Positions 59,594-64,000 of a DNA stretch of 64,000 nt are shown piece after piece. Origin of the DNA: a virus (lineage: Duplodnaviria > Caudoviricetes); IMG/VR virus record IMGVR_UViG_3300037400_004242. One strand, 5' to 3'. The notes beneath the pieces were generated by a model. It worked only from the letters and a program-made list of their open reading frames with translations. It had not been told where the DNA came from and did no database searches. A program made the position numbers and the translations under genes. Position 1 is the first letter of the stretch; each line of letters opens with the position of its first letter.

Positions 59594-59735
59594 TTGACAT
59601 TTTTTAATAGATAATGTATAATTATAACCGAAGTAGAGAAATAACCTGTTGTATATGGTTACTTCACGAATAGCAAATGTAGACATGATTTGCTCTTCAA
59701 ATAAAAAGCATGGTGAAATAATCCATGCTTTTTAT
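59594..59735 (+). ncRNA. candidate small non-coding RNA transcription unit
   Basis: TTGACA-N17-TATAAT, then ~100 nt with hairpins and no RBS-led ORF, then a terminator AAAAGCATGG/CCATGCTTTT. Confidence 0.5.
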
Positions 59736-59800
59736 TTTTTTGCGTATAAATAAATAAAATAAACATATTGAATAAGTGATGTAAAAATTTTTAAATTATC

Positions 59801-60211
59801 ATGGAGGAATACATTGTGATTTTACATAGTGGCAATAATAATTTTGTAAGTTATGGTTATGATGAAAATGATTTTAAAGAAGCACCTGTAAGTTCTTATC
59901 AAATGAATGAAGAAGAATTAGAAGAATTTAATGAATCAAATGGTTTATCTATTGATGATAATACATTAATGGATAATTTAGAAAAAAATGTAAAACCATC
60001 TTCTAAGCAAACGAAACATCGTGCAACAACAATGAAAAAGAAAAAAGTCGCAGAAAAAGTATTTAACATTGGTGATTCTGTTATTTATCGAAAACATAAT
60101 GCAACAGTAATGTTTGGCCCTTATGAAAGGAATTATAAACAACTTTATGAATTGCAGATGGAAGATGGAACAGTTATGAGTGCTGTATCAACTTCAATTA
60201 AAAAAGTATAA
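59801..60211 (+). CDS. hypothetical protein with SH3/KOW-like C-terminus
   Basis: FNIGDSVIY...; start uncertain; terminator at 60212-60248. Confidence 0.6.
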   Translation: MEEYIVILHSGNNNFVSYGYDENDFKEAPVSSYQMNEEELEEFNESNGLSIDDNTLMDNLEKNVKPSSKQTKHRATTMKKKKVAEKVFNIGDSVIYRKHNATVMFGPYERNYKQLYELQMEDGTVMSAVSTSIKKV

Positions 60212-60365
60212 AAATAAGGTGCTATAACAAGGATAGCACCTTATTTTTATGTGTGATAAAGAAAAAGATTATATAAAATAAAAAATCTATTTCTTTAGTG
60301 ATAATTATAGAATTTATTAAAATATAAAAATATATAATTGATAATAAATAATGAGGTGAAATTTT

Positions 60366-62798
60366 ATGAATAAACCAGTCTCAGGAAGTAATTATCGTGC
60401 GATGGGTGCTTTCTCAGAGGAATTGAGGGTTTTTGCACAAAAAGACCCAAATATGACAGTTGCAGTTAATGAAGGTTCATTTTATACAGATTCGATGAAG
60501 ATTGTTGAATTTGAAGGTGGGAATACACCAGCAATTAAGGCTCCTGCAACAGGTAATGAATGGGTTGTTATTTGTTTAAATAAGAAGGGAACTTTGGTTG
60601 TTTTGGAAGGTGTTCCAATGGCACAGCCAGACCTCCCAGAAATTCCAAAGAGTTATCTACCACTTGCGGCAATTTATTTAACGGCTATGACGAATAAAAT
60701 TACATCAGATATGGTGTTTGATATTCGTCCATTCTTAGCTTCAGGTGCATATCCAGGCGACCATGCTATGTTAACGAATACGAATATGCCAAATTGTCAT
60801 CCAATTTCAGCAATTACAAATTTACAAGCAGCTTTAGATGATAAGGTAACATATGCAGACCTTGATAAAGTTGCATTAAAGATGGATAATGTAAAAGGAA
60901 CGAATACAGCAACATTTGTTTTAAATCAAGCGCAAACAGGTGAACCAAGTTCAAATGTTGGTATTGCTGTTAACCGTGGTGATGAAGTTAATGTAGGTAT
61001 TCGTTATAATGAAGGATTAGGCGCATGGGAATTTACGAATGACGGTTCTGTGTGGAATCAGTTCATTTCTTCTGTAAATTTGGATGGTTCTTTAAAAGAT
61101 GCTACAGCTTCTATCAAAGGTGTTGCAAAGCTTTCTGTTGAACCAAAGGATGCATTTAATCCAATCGCTGTTGGAGATAATGACCCACGTATTACATCTA
61201 TTGCATTGAAAGCAAATAAAGATGCTGTATATTCTAAATCAGATGTAGATACAATGCTTGCTGATAAAGCAGATGTATCCAATACTTATACTCGTAAATC
61301 TATAGATGACATGCTTGATGGTAAGATGGACATCAATAAGATTTATACTGAAGCACAGATTGATGCTAAATTGTTAGGCAAAGCAAATGTAGGTGATAGC
61401 TATACAAAACCAGAAACGGATTTAGCTATGCTTAAGAAAGCAGATGCAGATGCAGTATATACAAAGACAGATGTAGATAAAATGCTTGCTGATAAAGCAA
61501 ATGTTGCAGATGTTTATACGTCTGCTCAAGTAGATACTTTATTAAATGATAAAGCAAATTCTGCGGATGTATATACACGCGCACAAGTTGATGGTCAGTT
61601 ACTTACAAAAGCTGATACATCTGATGTTTATACGCAGAGTGAAGTTGATAATGCTTTAGCATTAAAGGCAAATGCCGCTGATGTTAACACTAAGAAAGAA
61701 GTATCGGATGCTTTACTTTTGAAAGCGGATAAGACGAATGTTTATAGTATTGCAGATGCTGATGCTAAATTTGCTACAATCTCTGACTATTATAATAAGA
61801 CGGATACAGATTCTGCTCTTAGTTTAAAAGCAAACGTTTCAGATGTTTATCAGAAAACAGATGTTGATACTTTGTTAACGGGTAAGGCAAATGTTTCTGA
61901 TGTTTATACACAAACAGATGTTGATACAAAACTCAATGATAAAGCTGATAAAAGTAAAGTATATACAAAGACAGAAATTGATACAACATTAGGAGATTAT
62001 GAAAAATCTGATGCTGTAGTTGCTCGTCTTGGGAAATATGCAAAGGTTGCAGATGTTTATACAAAGGCTTCCGTTAATACGTTATTGAATGATAAAGCAA
62101 ATTCAACAGATGTTGCAAATGCTTTAAATACAAAGGCTGATAAAGCGCAGTATTATTCTGCGTCTGTTATTGATTCTAAATTAGATGGTTATGTCAAGCA
62201 AAATGACTTTGATGTTTTAAAATCTAAAGTTGTTCAAATTTCGGATGTTTATACAAAAGCTGACATTGATGCTAAATTGTTAGATAAAGGTGATAAAGCT
62301 CAGATTATCAATTTGCTTTCTACAAAAGTTGATGATTCTGATATGGCGGCTTATGTTGAAAAATCTGATTTAACAGCACAACTTTCTAAGTATGCTCCAT
62401 TAACAGTTGTAGATTCAAAGATTGATGCTTCAAAGGTTTATGACAAGACTTATATTGATTCTAATGTTGCATTAAATTCTTCTGTTGATGCTAAATTAGT
62501 TAACTATGCTAAGGTAACGGATGTTGTTACAAAGTCGAATTTGTCTAGTACACTTTCTACTTATGCAAAGGCATCAGATGTAGCATTAAAAGCTAATCAG
62601 ACAGATTTAACTTCTGCTCAGAATGATATTAATGATTTGAAGACTGCACAAGGCAGTATGGCAAAAGCATCTGATTTGGCTAATTATGTAAAGAAAACAG
62701 ATAGTGTTAATAGTGTTGTTCTTACATCTTCTAACGGTAGTAAATTCCGTTTAGTTGTAAGTGATACTGGTGAACTTTCAACGATTAAGATTTCTTAA
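60366..62798 (+). CDS. fibre/whisker-like structural protein with ~19-aa repeats
   Basis: Many KA(D/N)xxDVYTKxxVDxxL repeats. Confidence 0.75.
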   Translation: MNKPVSGSNYRAMGAFSEELRVFAQKDPNMTVAVNEGSFYTDSMKIVEFEGGNTPAIKAPATGNEWVVICLNKKGTLVVLEGVPMAQPDLPEIPKSYLPLAAIYLTAMTNKITSDMVFDIRPFLASGAYPGDHAMLTNTNMPNCHPISAITNLQAALDDKVTYADLDKVALKMDNVKGTNTATFVLNQAQTGEPSSNVGIAVNRGDEVNVGIRYNEGLGAWEFTNDGSVWNQFISSVNLDGSLKDATASIKGVAKLSVEPKDAFNPIAVGDNDPRITSIALKANKDAVYSKSDVDTMLADKADVSNTYTRKSIDDMLDGKMDINKIYTEAQIDAKLLGKANVGDSYTKPETDLAMLKKADADAVYTKTDVDKMLADKANVADVYTSAQVDTLLNDKANSADVYTRAQVDGQLLTKADTSDVYTQSEVDNALALKANAADVNTKKEVSDALLLKADKTNVYSIADADAKFATISDYYNKTDTDSALSLKANVSDVYQKTDVDTLLTGKANVSDVYTQTDVDTKLNDKADKSKVYTKTEIDTTLGDYEKSDAVVARLGKYAKVADVYTKASVNTLLNDKANSTDVANALNTKADKAQYYSASVIDSKLDGYVKQNDFDVLKSKVVQISDVYTKADIDAKLLDKGDKAQIINLLSTKVDDSDMAAYVEKSDLTAQLSKYAPLTVVDSKIDASKVYDKTYIDSNVALNSSVDAKLVNYAKVTDVVTKSNLSSTLSTYAKASDVALKANQTDLTSAQNDINDLKTAQGSMAKASDLANYVKKTDSVNSVVLTSSNGSKFRLVVSDTGELSTIKIS

Positions 62799-62817
62799 TA
62801 AATGATATAAATATAGA

Positions 62818-62852
62818 AATAAGCTATTCACAAAAGAATAGCTTATTTTTTT
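62818..62852 (+). terminator. intrinsic terminator
   Basis: AATAAGCTATTC/GAATAGCTTATT followed by a T tract. Confidence 0.75.
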
Positions 62853-62923
62853 AATATAATAATCAAAAACGCAACTATATCTTAATTAGAAGATTAATTT
62901 TTATAAAGAGCGGTGAAATAACT

Positions 62924-64000
62924 TTGAGAAAGAATCATAAAACAGTTCAGGCAGGATATAACGGAAACCTTGCTATGAATAGTATTGTGAATAAAAGTGA
63001 TTTGCCAAAAAATGTTCAACGTAGGATGAAAAAAGGCTCAAGGACAGTACGTGCCGCAAGTGGTGCGGTACGTATGGGGAATCCTACATTTTATCAGCCA
63101 TTATTTCAAACAACGAATATGTTGTTGCCAAGAGATAGGCGAGAACGTAATGAATGGTGCAGACATTTTTATCGTACAGAACCAATTATAGCAACGGCAT
63201 TAGATTTACATACAGAATTTCCAATTTCTGATTTAAGTAATGTTTGTAGTGACCCATATATTAAAAGATTTTTTGATTATATGGCTTTTGATAAATTAGA
63301 TTTAATTAATTTGTTATTAGAAATTGGATTAGAATATTGGAAAATAGGAGACGTATTTCCGTTTGGTCAGTTTAATGAATCGGAAGGAATTTGGGAGAAT
63401 TTTACATTATTAAATCCTGATTATGTAAATGTAACATCTTCTATTTTTGCAGATGAACAACAAATTGAATTAATTCCTGATGACCAAATTACAAATATTA
63501 TCGCAGGTGGACCATCAGGTGAATTCGGAGATTTATATCGTCAATTTCCTGATGATATTATTACTCAAGTAAAAATGGGTAAAAATATTCAATTGGATAA
63601 TCGTTTAATTTCTCATATTGCTCATAAAGCTAGTCCTTATGAGACATGGGGAACGCCATTAATGATGCGTTGTTTTAAAACGTTAATTTATAAAGATAAA
63701 TTACGTCAAGCGCAAGATGCTATTGCAAATCGTCATATTATGCCATTACGTGTAGCTAAAATAGGTACACCTGGTGAACCAATGCCAACGCAGGATGATA
63801 TTGATGCATTTCGTGATATTTTAATGGAAGGAGAAGATGACCCTAATTTCTTCTTAGTATATCATTATGGATTATCTTTTGAATATGTAGGTTCTACAGG
63901 AAAAATTCTTCCATTAAATACAGAGTTTGATTTTATTCAGAATGAATTAATGACAGGTTTAGGTATTACGCAAGCCATGTTAAATGGTGATGGTTCTGCA
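62924..64000 (+). CDS. portal protein (5' part, runs off the window)
   Basis: TTG start; WCRHFYRTEPIIATALDLHTEFP, EYWKIGDVFP, LLNPDYV, PYETWGTPLMMRCF...KDKLRQAQ. Absent from the ORF track, presumably because no stop falls in the window. Confidence 0.75.
   Translation, partial: MRKNHKTVQAGYNGNLAMNSIVNKSDLPKNVQRRMKKGSRTVRAASGAVRMGNPTFYQPLFQTTNMLLPRDRRERNEWCRHFYRTEPIIATALDLHTEFPISDLSNVCSDPYIKRFFDYMAFDKLDLINLLLEIGLEYWKIGDVFPFGQFNESEGIWENFTLLNPDYVNVTSSIFADEQQIELIPDDQITNIIAGGPSGEFGDLYRQFPDDIITQVKMGKNIQLDNRLISHIAHKASPYETWGTPLMMRCFKTLIYKDKLRQAQDAIANRHIMPLRVAKIGTPGEPMPTQDDIDAFRDILMEGEDDPNFFLVYHYGLSFEYVGSTGKILPLNTEFDFIQNELMTGLGITQAMLNGDGSA

Noticed and set aside
721-61282. Minus-strand ORFs and short alternate-frame ORFs in the track
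   Set aside because: They shadow well-supported + strand genes or low-complexity repeats, and show no recognisable motifs.

Overview
64 kb of a very AT-rich, large (jumbo-type) tailed-phage genome, probably a myovirus (PAAR spike tip, tail fibres, terminase, portal). Essentially all real genes are on the + strand and read in the standard code. The left part (1-21.2 kb) is an early/accessory region with near-consensus sigma-70/sigma-A promoters and an NAD-dependent DNA ligase. It also carries 27 small, mutually divergent proteins (plus one frameshifted relic) that all end in the same ~15-residue C-terminal tag, consensus P/D/N(-15)...[YF]-I-x-x-x-G-[V/I/L/M/A]-COOH. A 1.3 kb non-coding region there holds two parS-like palindromes. 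The right part (21.2-64 kb) is a late/structural region: a duplicated tail-fibre module, PAAR, MmcB-like nuclease, guanylate kinase, a terminase large subunit with three inteins (two inside the Walker A motif), a FolD-like protein with a ~160-aa insertion, an M16 peptidase, a sigma factor, a radical SAM enzyme, putative head proteins sharing a KRLxA motif, a candidate small RNA, and the 5' part of the portal gene. Promoter and RBS style suggests a Bacillota host, possibly Negativicutes (inference only). All calls come from motif reading by eye; no searches were run.
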